Source: Myxococcota bacterium (lineage in GTDB: Bacteria; Myxococcota_A; UBA796; CAJQPC01). From it: a stretch of 59,016 nucleotides of DNA. Positions 1 to 13,621 of the stretch are shown here, piece by piece; positions within the stretch are counted from its first letter, which is position 1; every line of letters starts with the position of its first letter. The notes below the pieces were generated by a model, which saw only the letters and a list, made by a program, of their open reading frames with translations, ran no database searches and was not told the DNA's origin. A program made the position numbers and the translations under genes. Where the stretch lies: positions 1 through 59,016 of the forward strand of contig JAZAMN010000069.1 in the NCBI GenBank assembly GCA_036229005.1, read 5' to 3'.

Positions 1-1
1 C

Positions 2-163
2 TTCGAGATGGTCATGATCCGCGGTGACGAGGGCTACGTCGTCCTCACCCGCTGCGGCCCCGACGCTGTGCTCAGCGTCCTCACCTCCAAGAAGGCCAAG
101 CTCGGCCTGGTCTTCTTCGACATCAACCGCGCGGCGAAGGAAATCGCCAAGCTGCTGGCTTGA
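2..163 (+). CDS. Roadblock/LC7 (MglB-like) domain protein, 5'-truncated by the window edge
   Basis: Manual translation FEMVMIRGDEGYVVLTRCGPDAVLSVLTSKKAKLGLVFFDINRAAKEIAKLLA* matches the typical roadblock/LC7 C-terminus; not in the ORF track. Confidence 0.8.
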   Translation, partial: FEMVMIRGDEGYVVLTRCGPDAVLSVLTSKKAKLGLVFFDINRAAKEIAKLLA

Positions 164-174
164 AGGAGCTCCCC

Positions 175-666
175 ATGGAAGACAAGAACACCACCGAGAC
201 CCTGCGCCCCGTCCTGGGCGACTTCTCCAGCATCGTCTGCTTCCGCGCCCTGGTCGTGGGCGTCGAGGAGACCCTGGGCAAGCGCGCCGCGATGGTCGCC
301 CTCCGCTCCGCAGGCCGCAAGCGCGGCTCCAGCCTGGTGCAGTCCCTGGGGCTGTCCGGGAAGGGACCGGCCGAAGGTGCTGAGGGGGCTGCGATCCTCA
401 CCCAGGCCCTCGGTCCCGAGGGCACCAAGCTGTGCATCGTCAACGATCTCAAGATCCTGGAGGACGGCGAGGTCTACGAGGTCTACCTCAGCGACACCAT
501 CTGCAGCGCCGACGAGCCCCAGGGCTCCGACCGCGAGCTGAGCTTCACCTATGGGGCCATCCACGGCGCCATCGAGGAGTTCTACGACATCAAGCTGCGC
601 GGCAAGCAGGTCGGCAGCATCCTGCGCGGCCAGGACTACGACATCGTCCGCTTCGTCAAGCGTTGA
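175..666 (+). CDS. V4R-domain (hydrocarbon-binding-like) protein, copy 1
   Basis: LRPxLGDFSSIVCF..GRKRG..ALGPEGTKLC..DTICSA..FTYGAIHGAIE; AGGAG RBS before ATG 175; follows a roadblock gene. Confidence 0.7.
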   Translation: MEDKNTTETLRPVLGDFSSIVCFRALVVGVEETLGKRAAMVALRSAGRKRGSSLVQSLGLSGKGPAEGAEGAAILTQALGPEGTKLCIVNDLKILEDGEVYEVYLSDTICSADEPQGSDRELSFTYGAIHGAIEEFYDIKLRGKQVGSILRGQDYDIVRFVKR

Positions 667-674
667 TCCTACAA

Positions 675-702
675 GGTCCCCTCCAGGTCACTGGAGGGGG
701 CC
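675..702 (+). other. GC-rich stem-loop between the V4R copies
   Basis: CCCCTCCAG (678-686), GTCA loop, CTGGAGGGG (691-699); no U-tract. Confidence 0.5.
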
Positions 703-720
703 ACCACATTGAAGGCAAGC

Positions 721-1197
721 ATGAGCGAGTCCATCCGTCCCCAGCTCGGGGACTTCTCCAGCATCGTGTGTTTTCGAGCAGTGGTCACCGGCGTCGAGGA
801 GGCCCTGGGCAAGCGCGCCGCGATGGTCGCCCTTCGCTCCGCAGGCCGCAAGCGCGGCTCCAGCCTGGTGCAGTCCCTGGGGCTGTCCGGGAAGGGACCG
901 GCTGAGGGTGCTGAGGGGGCTGCGATCCTCACCCAGGCCCTCGGTCCCGAGGGCACCCGGCTCTGCATCGTCAACGAGCTCAAGATCCTGGAGGACGGCG
1001 AGGTCTACGAGGTCTACCTCAGCGACACCATCTGCAGCGCCGACGAGCCCCAGGGCTCCGACCGCGAGCTGAGCTTCACCTATGGAGCCGTCCACGGCGC
1101 CATCGAGGAGTTCTACGGCGTCAAGCTGCGCGGCAAGCAGGTCGGCAGCGTCCTGCGCGGCCAGGACCACGACATCGTGCGCTTCGTCAAGCGCTGA
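721..1197 (+). CDS. V4R-domain protein, copy 2 (near-identical tandem paralog)
   Basis: Protein nearly identical to 175..666 with long identical DNA stretches. Confidence 0.7.
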   Translation: MSESIRPQLGDFSSIVCFRAVVTGVEEALGKRAAMVALRSAGRKRGSSLVQSLGLSGKGPAEGAEGAAILTQALGPEGTRLCIVNELKILEDGEVYEVYLSDTICSADEPQGSDRELSFTYGAVHGAIEEFYGVKLRGKQVGSVLRGQDHDIVRFVKR

Positions 1198-1332
1198 GGT
1201 CGAGCCAGAAGGCCTCCTGGAACCAGCGCCACCGTCTCTCCGTGCGCCTGCTGTACTGCGGGCGTACGGAGATCCTGTCTTGGCCTCAATCCTCCCCATC
1301 ACTATGATGGGCAGGCACCGAAGGGACCACGA

Positions 1333-2103
1333 ATGGGTCAATCATACGCTCGCCGCCCCACACAGTCGGGCCACGACCACGCCCACGAGTCGGAGGCCGA
1401 GCACGCCGCGCACGACGCCGACCACCTGCACGCGACGCCCTCGCTCGAGCAGGGCACAGGTCGCGGCCGGGAGGTCGACCACACCACCGGTGCGGAGATT
1501 GACGCCTTCATCCAGCAGGATGAGTTCTTCAACTACTACATCCGGTCCAGCTTCGACGGCCAGGGCAACGGCGCGGACGGGCACGTCAACATCCTGTCCC
1601 ACGAGCAGTACCAGGCCCGCTGGGTGCAGTACGCCATGGCGCGCATCAACCCCAACACCAGCGCCCGCTTCACCGAGGCCGAGGCGCTGGCCTACGGGAC
1701 CAACGCCTTCGTGGATGGGACGCAGATCTTCATCCACCAGGGGCGAGGAGAACCTGCGACCGCCATCCACGAGTCCATGCACCTCTTCACCGACGGGTCC
1801 TACCTGCGGGAGATGGGCTTCAACATCAACGAGGGCACCACGGAGTTCTTCACCCGCCTGCTCTGCTCGCGGATCGGCGTCCGCCGAGGCCGTGGCTTCT
1901 ACGCCGACCAGTTCCGGGTCATGGAAGAGGTGGTGGAAGCCCTCCCCCAGGGCCACAACGTGCTGGCCTCCGCCTACTTCGACGGCAACATCAGCCGCCT
2001 GCGGGAGGCCATGAACGAGGGCGAGGGCAACGAGCAGCGCTACGAGCAGTGGAAGGCGGCCATGCAGGCCGGCAACTTCCGCTCCGCTCGGGCCCTGTTC
2101 TGA
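1333..2103 (+). CDS. Hypothetical zinc metallopeptidase-like protein with His-rich N-terminus
   Basis: TAIHESMHLF (HExxH) followed by NEGTTE, a gluzincin-like arrangement. Confidence 0.55.
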   Translation: MGQSYARRPTQSGHDHAHESEAEHAAHDADHLHATPSLEQGTGRGREVDHTTGAEIDAFIQQDEFFNYYIRSSFDGQGNGADGHVNILSHEQYQARWVQYAMARINPNTSARFTEAEALAYGTNAFVDGTQIFIHQGRGEPATAIHESMHLFTDGSYLREMGFNINEGTTEFFTRLLCSRIGVRRGRGFYADQFRVMEEVVEALPQGHNVLASAYFDGNISRLREAMNEGEGNEQRYEQWKAAMQAGNFRSARALF

Positions 2104-2705
2104 TGCCCGATACCCATGACCTCGCGGCGCTCGCCGCCCCCCTCCTGGCGCTCTTTCCGGCCTCGACCCAGGCTGACGCGCGGCCCCTGATCCACGAGTT
2201 CCTGCGCCTGGAGCTGCAGGGAGAGGCCAGCCACGCCAAGCCGGCCCGCCTGCGGGACATCGTGGTCGGCGATCTCCGCGATGCACTGCTCGGTGCGCCC
2301 GAGTCGGAGCGCCTGCAGACCCTCCGCGCCGAGCGAGACCACGCCCAGCAGCAGCACATCGCCCGCGAGGCGGTGGCGATGTCTGTGGCCCGCTACCTGA
2401 TCGCCCACCCCAGCGCCGATCCGGGCGGCTGGCTGAGCGAGCGCGCCCAGTTCTGGCAGGCGCAGGGCGAGGGCGCCATCGCGCTGGAGGCCACCGAGCT
2501 GCTCAACCAGCTCGAGACCTACGCTGCCCACCTGCAGGTCCTGGACCCTGAGCGGGCCGAGGGCAGCAAAGGCAACCTGCACGCCGCCCGCATGGCCCTG
2601 CAGTCCGCGCGCTCCGGCAGCTTCCAGAGCGCGTGGGGTCCCCTGGCCGACTTCCTGCGGGCCGTTGGCGCGGACTTCCAGGTGCTCGAGGTCCGCTTCT
2701 CCTGA
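2103..2705 (+). CDS. Hypothetical protein coupled to the upstream peptidase-like gene
   Basis: TGATG stop/start overlap at 2101-2105; no recognised motif. Confidence 0.6.
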   Translation: MPDTHDLAALAAPLLALFPASTQADARPLIHEFLRLELQGEASHAKPARLRDIVVGDLRDALLGAPESERLQTLRAERDHAQQQHIAREAVAMSVARYLIAHPSADPGGWLSERAQFWQAQGEGAIALEATELLNQLETYAAHLQVLDPERAEGSKGNLHAARMALQSARSGSFQSAWGPLADFLRAVGADFQVLEVRFS

Positions 2706-2774
2706 GGCGGCCCGTCCGGTGGTGACAGGGGATCGGCCTGTTACCCGCCATCCAGCCCCCCTGCTGGAGACTGG

Positions 2775-4223
2775 ATGCCCTTTGACGAGCGCTTGGACCG
2801 AATCGCACAACCCGCAGCCGACGCCATCACGTCGGTGGTGTTCTACAAAGTCCACGCGTTCGGGGCCGACTGGCCGCTGGTCGTGGTGTGGCTGGTCGCC
2901 GGCGCGGCCTTCTTCACCCTGGCCTTTCTGGGCATCAATCTCTGGGGGCTGCCCCTGGGCCTGCGGGTCACGGCCGGGCAGTTCGACGAGCCGGACGCCC
3001 CCGGCGAGATCACCCACTTCCAGGCCCTGACCACGGCCCTCTCGGGCACCGTGGGGATCGGCAACATCGGCGGCGTGGCGGTGGCCATCGCGGCCGGCGG
3101 GCCCGGCGTGGTGTTCTGGATGGTCCTGGCCGGCGTGCTGGGCATGGCCACCAAGTTCGTGGAGTGCACCCTGGGCGTGCGCTACCGCGAGCACCTGCCC
3201 GACGGGAGCGTCTCCGGTGGCCCCATGCACTACCTGGAGAAGGGCCTGGCCGAGCTGGGCGTCCCCAGGCTGGGCAAGGCCATCGGTGGCTTCTACGCCC
3301 TGGGCATCGTGATCGGCTGCCTGGGCATCGGCAACATGTTCCAGGCCAACCAGGCCGCGGTGCAGCTCCAGGCCATCACCGGCGGCCCGCAGGGGGCGCT
3401 GGCTGGCTACGGCTGGGTGGTGGGGCTGGTCCTGGCGGTCATCGTGGGGGCCGTGATCCTGGGCGGCGTGAAGACCATCGCCAAGGTCACCGACAAGCTC
3501 GTGCCCGTGATGGGCACCACCTACATCCTGGCGGCGCTGGCCCTGGTGCTCAGCCAGCACGAAGTCATCCAGCCTGTCCTCGTTCGCATCTGGACTGAAG
3601 CCTTCACGCCCGAGGGGATCGCAGGTGGAGGCGTTGGGGTCATGATCATCGGCTTCCAACGAGCCGTCTTCTCCAACGAAGCCGGCATCGGCTCCGCCTC
3701 CATCGCCCACTCCGCGGTCAAGACCAACCACCCCGCGACCGAGGGCCTGGTCGCGCTCATGGGCCCCTTCTTCGACACGGTGATCGTGTGCACCCTGACC
3801 GCCCTGGTCATCCTGACCACCGCCGAGTCGGTGCCCGGGTTCATGGACACCGACCTGGAGGGCGTGGCGATGACCTCCCAGGCCTTCGCCCAGACGGCCC
3901 CCAGCGCGCCCTACCCCATCGCGGTCGTGGCGCTGCTCTTTGCGGTGTCCACCATGATCGCGTGGGCCTACTACGGGCTCAAGGGCTGGACCTACCTGGT
4001 CGGCGAGGGCAAACGCGCCCAGCAGATCTACAGCGCGGTGTTCTGCCTGTTCATCGTGGTCGGGGCGGCCATCAAGCTGGACGCGGTGCTGGAGATCTCC
4101 GACGCGCTGGTGTTCCTGCTGTGCGTCCCCAATGTCCTCGGGCTCATCCTGCTGACCCCGACGGTATGGCGCGAACTCCGCAGCTTTCTGGCGGTGGTCC
4201 GAGAAGCCCGTTCCACTCGTTGA
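2775..4223 (+). CDS. Alanine/glycine:cation symporter (AGCS family)
   Basis: HFQALTTALSGTVGIGNIGGVA, GGPG..FWM, GGPMHY, FSNEAGIGSASIAHS motifs; many TM segments. Confidence 0.92.
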   Translation: MPFDERLDRIAQPAADAITSVVFYKVHAFGADWPLVVVWLVAGAAFFTLAFLGINLWGLPLGLRVTAGQFDEPDAPGEITHFQALTTALSGTVGIGNIGGVAVAIAAGGPGVVFWMVLAGVLGMATKFVECTLGVRYREHLPDGSVSGGPMHYLEKGLAELGVPRLGKAIGGFYALGIVIGCLGIGNMFQANQAAVQLQAITGGPQGALAGYGWVVGLVLAVIVGAVILGGVKTIAKVTDKLVPVMGTTYILAALALVLSQHEVIQPVLVRIWTEAFTPEGIAGGGVGVMIIGFQRAVFSNEAGIGSASIAHSAVKTNHPATEGLVALMGPFFDTVIVCTLTALVILTTAESVPGFMDTDLEGVAMTSQAFAQTAPSAPYPIAVVALLFAVSTMIAWAYYGLKGWTYLVGEGKRAQQIYSAVFCLFIVVGAAIKLDAVLEISDALVFLLCVPNVLGLILLTPTVWRELRSFLAVVREARSTR

Positions 4224-4233
4224 GCCCCTCTCC

Positions 4234-4277
4234 TTGATACTCCCCCCGAGTATCCATATACTCCCCCGGAGTATCCA
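4234..4277 (+). promoter_or_regulatory. Sigma70-type promoter overlapped by two FrmR/RcnR-type operators
   Basis: TTGATA (4234-4239), 17 bp, TATACT (4257-4262); palindromes GATACTCCCCCCGAGTATC (4236-4254) and ATACTCCCCCGGAGTAT (4258-4274). Confidence 0.85.
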
Positions 4278-4279
4278 CC

Positions 4280-5691
<1,412 letters not shown>

Positions 5692-5699
5692 GGTCGGCC

Positions 5700-6530
5700 A
5701 TGGAGCGCATCGAGTCCAAGGCCTGCTTCGGCGGGCGCCAGGAGGTCTGGAGGCACGACTCCAAGGTCCTGGGCGTGCCCATGAACTTCGCGGTCTACCT
5801 GCCCCCGCAGGTGGCCGACGGTCCCCGGCCCGCTCTGTGGTACCTGAGCGGCCTGACCTGCAGCGAGCAGAACGTCATCACCAAGGGCGGCTTCCAGCAG
5901 CACTGCGCGCGCCACGGCATCGTGCTGATATGCCCGGACACCTCCCCCAAGGGTGAGGGCGTGGCCGACGCTGAAGGCTGGGATCTGGGCCAGGCGGCCA
6001 GCTTCTACCTGAACGCCACCCAGGCCCCCTGGAAGGCCCACTACCAGATGGAGACCTACCTGACCCAGGAGCTGCCCGCGCTGATCGCCGAGCACTTCCC
6101 GGTCAGCGGCAAGCAGGGCATCACCGGCCACTCGATGGGCGGCCACGGCGCGCTGGTGCTGGGTCTGCGGGAGCCGGGGAGGTTCAGCTCGATCTCGGCC
6201 TTCTCACCCATCGTCAATCCGTCTGGGGTTCCGTGGGGTCAGAAGGCCTTCTCGGCCTACCTGGGCGCAGACGAGGACACCTGGGCGCAGTGGGACGCCA
6301 CCCGCCTGCTGGACGGGGTCTCCGAGCGGCAGCCCATCCTGATCGATCAGGGCCAGGCCGACAGCTTCCTGGGTCCCCAGCTCCAGCCGGAGGTCTTCCA
6401 GGCCGCCTGCGAGCGCCTGGGTCACCCCCTGACCCTGCGCATGCAGCCCGGCTACGACCACAGCTACTACTTCGTGAGCACCTTCGCGGGTGACCACGTG
6501 GACTGGCACGCCAAGGCGCTGCTGGGCTGA
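5700..6530 (+). CDS. fghA: S-formylglutathione hydrolase
   Basis: LSGLTC, GHSMGGHGAL, GYDHSYYF motifs; operon with frmA. Confidence 0.95.
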   Translation: MERIESKACFGGRQEVWRHDSKVLGVPMNFAVYLPPQVADGPRPALWYLSGLTCSEQNVITKGGFQQHCARHGIVLICPDTSPKGEGVADAEGWDLGQAASFYLNATQAPWKAHYQMETYLTQELPALIAEHFPVSGKQGITGHSMGGHGALVLGLREPGRFSSISAFSPIVNPSGVPWGQKAFSAYLGADEDTWAQWDATRLLDGVSERQPILIDQGQADSFLGPQLQPEVFQAACERLGHPLTLRMQPGYDHSYYFVSTFAGDHVDWHAKALLG

Positions 6531-6572
6531 GGGTCCCCGAGAGGGTTCCCGAGAGGGTCCCCGGGAGGGTCC
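6529..6572. repeat. 12-bp tandem repeat (about 3.7 copies) between convergent genes
   Basis: GAGGGTCCCCGA GAGGGTTCCCGA GAGGGTCCCCGG GAGGGTCC. Confidence 0.8.
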
Positions 6573-7168
6573 TACTCGGGGAAGAAGCGCGCGGTCTGTG
6601 CTGCAGGCCGCGCGCGCACCCTCTGGTACCAGGCGGCCCCCAGCTCCGGGTCCAGGTACCCCAGGGAGCGCCCCAGGCGCACGCTGTAGGCCAGGAAGAT
6701 GTCGGCCAGCGAGAACTCCCCCAGCAGGTAGCCCTGCTCGGGTGCCTTGGCGGCCAGCGCCCGGATGCGCCGCTTGACCATGCGGCCCTGGATGGCCTCA
6801 ACCTCGGGGGGAAGCAGGCCGATCTTCGAGACGGAGGCGTCGACCAGCCTGACCTCGCAGGTCTCCGATGTGGCTGAGATCCACCAGAGATACTCCAGCC
6901 TCTGGGGGTGACCCACGGGGCGCGTCAGGGCCGATCCGTGCTCCTCTGCGAGCCACTGACAGATGGCCGTGGACTCCCCCAGGGTCTGCCCGCGGTACTC
7001 GACGCAGGGGACGGCGCCCAGGGGGTTGAGGCTCAGGTAGGGCTCCTGGCGCTGCTCGGGGAAGCGCAGGCGCCGCTCGATGACGGGGATGCCGAGCTCG
7101 GCGCAGGTCCAGCGCACCTTGCCGGAGCGGTCGTTGTCGCCGAAGGCGTGGAGGGTCAGGGTGTCCAT
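6572..7168 (-). CDS. Glutathione S-transferase family protein
   Basis: LNPLGAVPC, ESTAICQWLAE, YLLGEFSLADI; TATACT 7 bp before the ATG. Confidence 0.88.
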   Translation of the reverse strand: MDTLTLHAFGDNDRSGKVRWTCAELGIPVIERRLRFPEQRQEPYLSLNPLGAVPCVEYRGQTLGESTAICQWLAEEHGSALTRPVGHPQRLEYLWWISATSETCEVRLVDASVSKIGLLPPEVEAIQGRMVKRRIRALAAKAPEQGYLLGEFSLADIFLAYSVRLGRSLGYLDPELGAAWYQRVRARPAAQTARFFPE

Positions 7169-7189
7169 GGGCCGGAGTATAGGGCGGGC

Positions 7190-9241
7190 CTACTTGCGCG
7201 TGAGCACCGTCACCCCGCTCCAGCCGGCGGGCAGGCCGTCGCGCAAAAGGGCGGCGCAGCGCCCCAGGTAGAGCTGGGTCACGGGGTCGCTGGGGTCCTG
7301 GGCGGCGCAGCTCTGGAAGGCGCGCTGGGCCTGGGCGAGGGCCCCGGACTGGTAGGCGGCGACGCCGGCGCGGAAGGCCTCCAGGGTGCAAAGGCGGGCC
7401 TGGCGGGCGGGCTCGGGGAGGGCGTCGAGCACCTCGTAGATGCGCACGGGCTCGGACTTTCCCTTGGCGACCACGCGGTCCAGCTCGCGCAGGCTCAGGG
7501 CCTCGGGGCGGCGAAGCTGCTGGAAGGTCTGCTCGCCGATGAGCAGGGTGGTGCCGTACATCTTGGTCATGCCCTCGATGCGCGCGGCCTCGTTCACGGC
7601 GTCCCCGATCACGCCGTCGGCCAGGCGATCCGCGCCGCCGATGGTGCCCAGCATGAGCTCGCCGGAGTTCAGGCCGAAGCCCACCTCCAGGGGGGTGTCC
7701 ACCTGGGCGTTGAAGCCCTGGAGCGCGGCCACCATCTCCACCGCGGCGTGCACCGCGTCGTCGGCCTCTCCGGGGAAGAGGGCCAGGATGGCGTCCCCCA
7801 GGACCTGGTTGATGAAGCCGCCGTGGGCCTGGATCGCGGGCTCCATGTGCAGCAGGTAGCGGTTGATGAAGGGGAAGGCCTGGCCGCTGCCCATGCTCTC
7901 CACCAGAGGCGTGAACTGGCGGATGTCGCAGAACAGGATGTGCATCCGGAGCTGGGAGCTGTCGCCGCGTTGAACCTCCACGACGCTCTCGCGGCCCAGC
8001 AGGCCCAGGAACTGCTCGGGCACGAAGCGCAGGATGGCCCGGTTGGTCTCCTCGAGGGTGCGGTTGGCCTCCTGGAGCCCGGCGCTCAGGCGCGCGTTGG
8101 CCAGGAAAGCCTCCGAGAAGCTGCGGAGGAGGACCAGGGCCTCCGAGATGATGAGCACATCGAAGGTCACGCCGATCAGCCGCGCCTGGGTCTGGACCAC
8201 GTCCATGCTGGCGAGGGCATCGTGGACCACCGCCAGCAGCAGCAGCCCCAGGAAGCCCGAGATGAACGCGGCCCCGCGGTTGCCCTGGCGGGCGGCCTGG
8301 ACGGACCACAGCCCGGCCACGAACACGCTGACCGCGACGGTGGCCTGCATGAGCGAGAGGTAGGTGCCCATCCAGGACATGGGCAGCAGCAGCCCGGCCA
8401 CCCCCCAGAGGGCGTTCAGCCCCACCATCAGCGCGGCCAGGGGCCTGCGGAGGGCGGTCTGGGAGATCTCCAGGGCCAGCAGGAGACCAAAGACGCTGCT
8501 GAGTCCGGAGAGGGCGTATTCGGCGCGCAGGCGCAGGATCCAGGGCAGCTCCGGCGCCAGGGTGGCCCACAGATCCGAGGTCCCGCTCAAGAGCTGGTGC
8601 AGCCCGAAGCCGATGGCGACCCCGGAGAACCAGAGCGCCCGGCGGTCGCGCTGCATCCCGAAGAAGAGCAGGAAGGCCAGACCAAAGGCCAGCTTGACGC
8701 CCACAGACAGGGCGTCCCAGACCAGGAGCTGCTGGTGGAGCAGGCTGAGCTGGCGGTCCTGGCCCAGCAGGATGGGCTTGCGGATGCCGGCCGTGCGGTG
8801 CTGGCGGTTGCCCACCTGGAGCAGGATCTCCACCCGCCGGTCGGGCCCGGGCTCGAAGCTGAGCTCCGTGGGGGCGACGCGGTCGACGATCAGCGCCGGG
8901 TCCTCGCTGAGCACCCCCACCGGCTCCGAGAGGGAGACGCCGTCGATCCAGACGCGGTGGGCCGAGGCGACGTTGGGGATGGCCAGCTCATAGCGCCCAT
9001 CCGAAGGAAGCTGCAGGTCCAGGCGGTAGGTCCCCACGCCGCGGATCCCGGGCGCGAGCGCGCTGTCCCCCCACACCCCCGGGACCGGCAGGGTGCCCGC
9101 GTCCTCCCCGAAGTCCTCCCCCGGCGCGAGGAGCCGTCCGGGGACGAAGGACCACGCGCCGTCCAGGCTCACCGGCCCGCTGGTTTCAAGGTCCACCTCG
9201 GAGAGGTCCAGGCGCCCGTCCACGGCCTCGTGGGAGTCCAC
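7190..9241 (-). CDS. Membrane class III adenylate/guanylate cyclase with 7TM-DISM-like sensor (true start probably about 50 bp upstream)
   Basis: SLDGAWSF..LPVPGVW extracellular domain, TM block, LFCDIRQFT, GDAILALF, GDAVNEAARIEGMTK, VAKGKSEPV. Confidence 0.88.
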   Translation of the reverse strand: MDSHEAVDGRLDLSEVDLETSGPVSLDGAWSFVPGRLLAPGEDFGEDAGTLPVPGVWGDSALAPGIRGVGTYRLDLQLPSDGRYELAIPNVASAHRVWIDGVSLSEPVGVLSEDPALIVDRVAPTELSFEPGPDRRVEILLQVGNRQHRTAGIRKPILLGQDRQLSLLHQQLLVWDALSVGVKLAFGLAFLLFFGMQRDRRALWFSGVAIGFGLHQLLSGTSDLWATLAPELPWILRLRAEYALSGLSSVFGLLLALEISQTALRRPLAALMVGLNALWGVAGLLLPMSWMGTYLSLMQATVAVSVFVAGLWSVQAARQGNRGAAFISGFLGLLLLAVVHDALASMDVVQTQARLIGVTFDVLIISEALVLLRSFSEAFLANARLSAGLQEANRTLEETNRAILRFVPEQFLGLLGRESVVEVQRGDSSQLRMHILFCDIRQFTPLVESMGSGQAFPFINRYLLHMEPAIQAHGGFINQVLGDAILALFPGEADDAVHAAVEMVAALQGFNAQVDTPLEVGFGLNSGELMLGTIGGADRLADGVIGDAVNEAARIEGMTKMYGTTLLIGEQTFQQLRRPEALSLRELDRVVAKGKSEPVRIYEVLDALPEPARQARLCTLEAFRAGVAAYQSGALAQAQRAFQSCAAQDPSDPVTQLYLGRCAALLRDGLPAGWSGVTVLTRK

Positions 9242-9293
9242 GGGCGCGCAGGCCAGGAGCAGGAGAAGCAGTTGCAGCAGACAGGCCAGGGGC

Positions 9294-10505
9294 TCACTCC
9301 AGGGTCTCGAAGAGCCCCACCGGACGCCACACCCGGGCAGCCCAGGCGGCCTCGTTGTGCTCCGCCCCGGCCTCGTGCCAGTGCCAGAGCGTCTGCTCCC
9401 AGATCCAGGCGTCCGCGGCCAGCGCGTCGGCCATCTGGCGGGTCACGCAGTAGTTGTCCGCGTCCGGCGCGTCGTCCTGCACCCCGTCCCCGTCGCTGTC
9501 GGTGCAGCCGCCCCCGTCGTGCCCCCCGGAGTCCAGGTAGATCGCCACATCCTGGCCGGCGATCTCGCTGAGCAGCGTTGCCCCGTCCAGCTCCAGGGAG
9601 CCCCAGCCCAGGGTCCCCGAGAGGCTCGCCACGTAGTCCCAGTGCTCCGCTTGGGTCAGGCCGGCGTAGAGGCTGAGCAGCCCGCCCATGGAGCTGCCCA
9701 CCATCCCCCGCTTCTGCGGCGCGCCGTACATCTCTTCAACCCGGGGCACAAGCGAGGTCACCAGGTTGCCCAGCAGCGCGTCCGCGCCCCCGCCCAGCGC
9801 CACCCCGTCCACCGTGTCCGGGTAGGGCCCGTACTCGTCCAGGCGGTCCACCCCCACATTGTCGATGCCCACCACCAGCGTGGTCGACGCCACCGCCTCC
9901 TGCAGGCGCCAGCCCCCGTGCAGCGCGCTGGGGTCGAAGAGGTTCTGCCCGTCGTGGGCGTAGAGGTGGTGGGTGGGCGTCTGGGCGGGCACCCAGATGC
10001 GGATGGTGCGGGCGCGCCCGGCCAGGCTGACGTTGCGCAGCCGCTCCAGGTGACCGCCCGATCCCCGCACGAAGGAGAGCTCGCCGAAGTCGTCGTAGGT
10101 GTAGGCCCGCGCCCAGGGGTCGGCCTGGTAGCTGTCGCCCGAGACGAACTTGTAGCCGCTGCCCTGGGGCACCGGGATGTCGACCACGATCCACGAGAAG
10201 CCCGCGCCGGCCGTCATCTCCAGGGGCTCCCAGGCGGAGGCATCGCCCGCCCAGGACAGCGCCCCGTCGCCCTGCGCCACGAACACCCAGCCGTCGGGTC
10301 CCTGCACCGGCCAGCCCTGACCGTCGGAGATCTGCTGCAGCGTGTCCTCGACGGTGGCCTGACCGTCCAAGAGAGCCTGGAGGGCCTCCCAGTCCGCGGA
10401 GGTGGGGTCGGCGGTGTCCGAGGCCGTGTCCCCCACCTCTCCTGAATCCACGGAGGGTCCGGGGGTGGCGGTGAAGGGGGCGGTGCAGGCGAGGAGCCAG
10501 AGCAT
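9294..10505 (-). CDS. Alpha/beta-hydrolase (putative esterase) lipoprotein
   Basis: LLAC lipobox, YAHDGQNLF, GSSMGG, HNEAAWAAR. Confidence 0.85.
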   Translation of the reverse strand: MLWLLACTAPFTATPGPSVDSGEVGDTASDTADPTSADWEALQALLDGQATVEDTLQQISDGQGWPVQGPDGWVFVAQGDGALSWAGDASAWEPLEMTAGAGFSWIVVDIPVPQGSGYKFVSGDSYQADPWARAYTYDDFGELSFVRGSGGHLERLRNVSLAGRARTIRIWVPAQTPTHHLYAHDGQNLFDPSALHGGWRLQEAVASTTLVVGIDNVGVDRLDEYGPYPDTVDGVALGGGADALLGNLVTSLVPRVEEMYGAPQKRGMVGSSMGGLLSLYAGLTQAEHWDYVASLSGTLGWGSLELDGATLLSEIAGQDVAIYLDSGGHDGGGCTDSDGDGVQDDAPDADNYCVTRQMADALAADAWIWEQTLWHWHEAGAEHNEAAWAARVWRPVGLFETLE

Positions 10506-10549
10506 GGGGACTCCGGGGAGAGGCCCCAGGGTACACGGGGGGCCGGGGC

Positions 10550-13617
<3,068 letters not shown>

Positions 13618-13621
<4 letters not shown>

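Noticed and set aside
6529..6572. 12-bp tandem repeat as a functional element
   Set aside because: It is short, occurs at one locus and has no linked feature; probably slippage in a convergent intergenic gap
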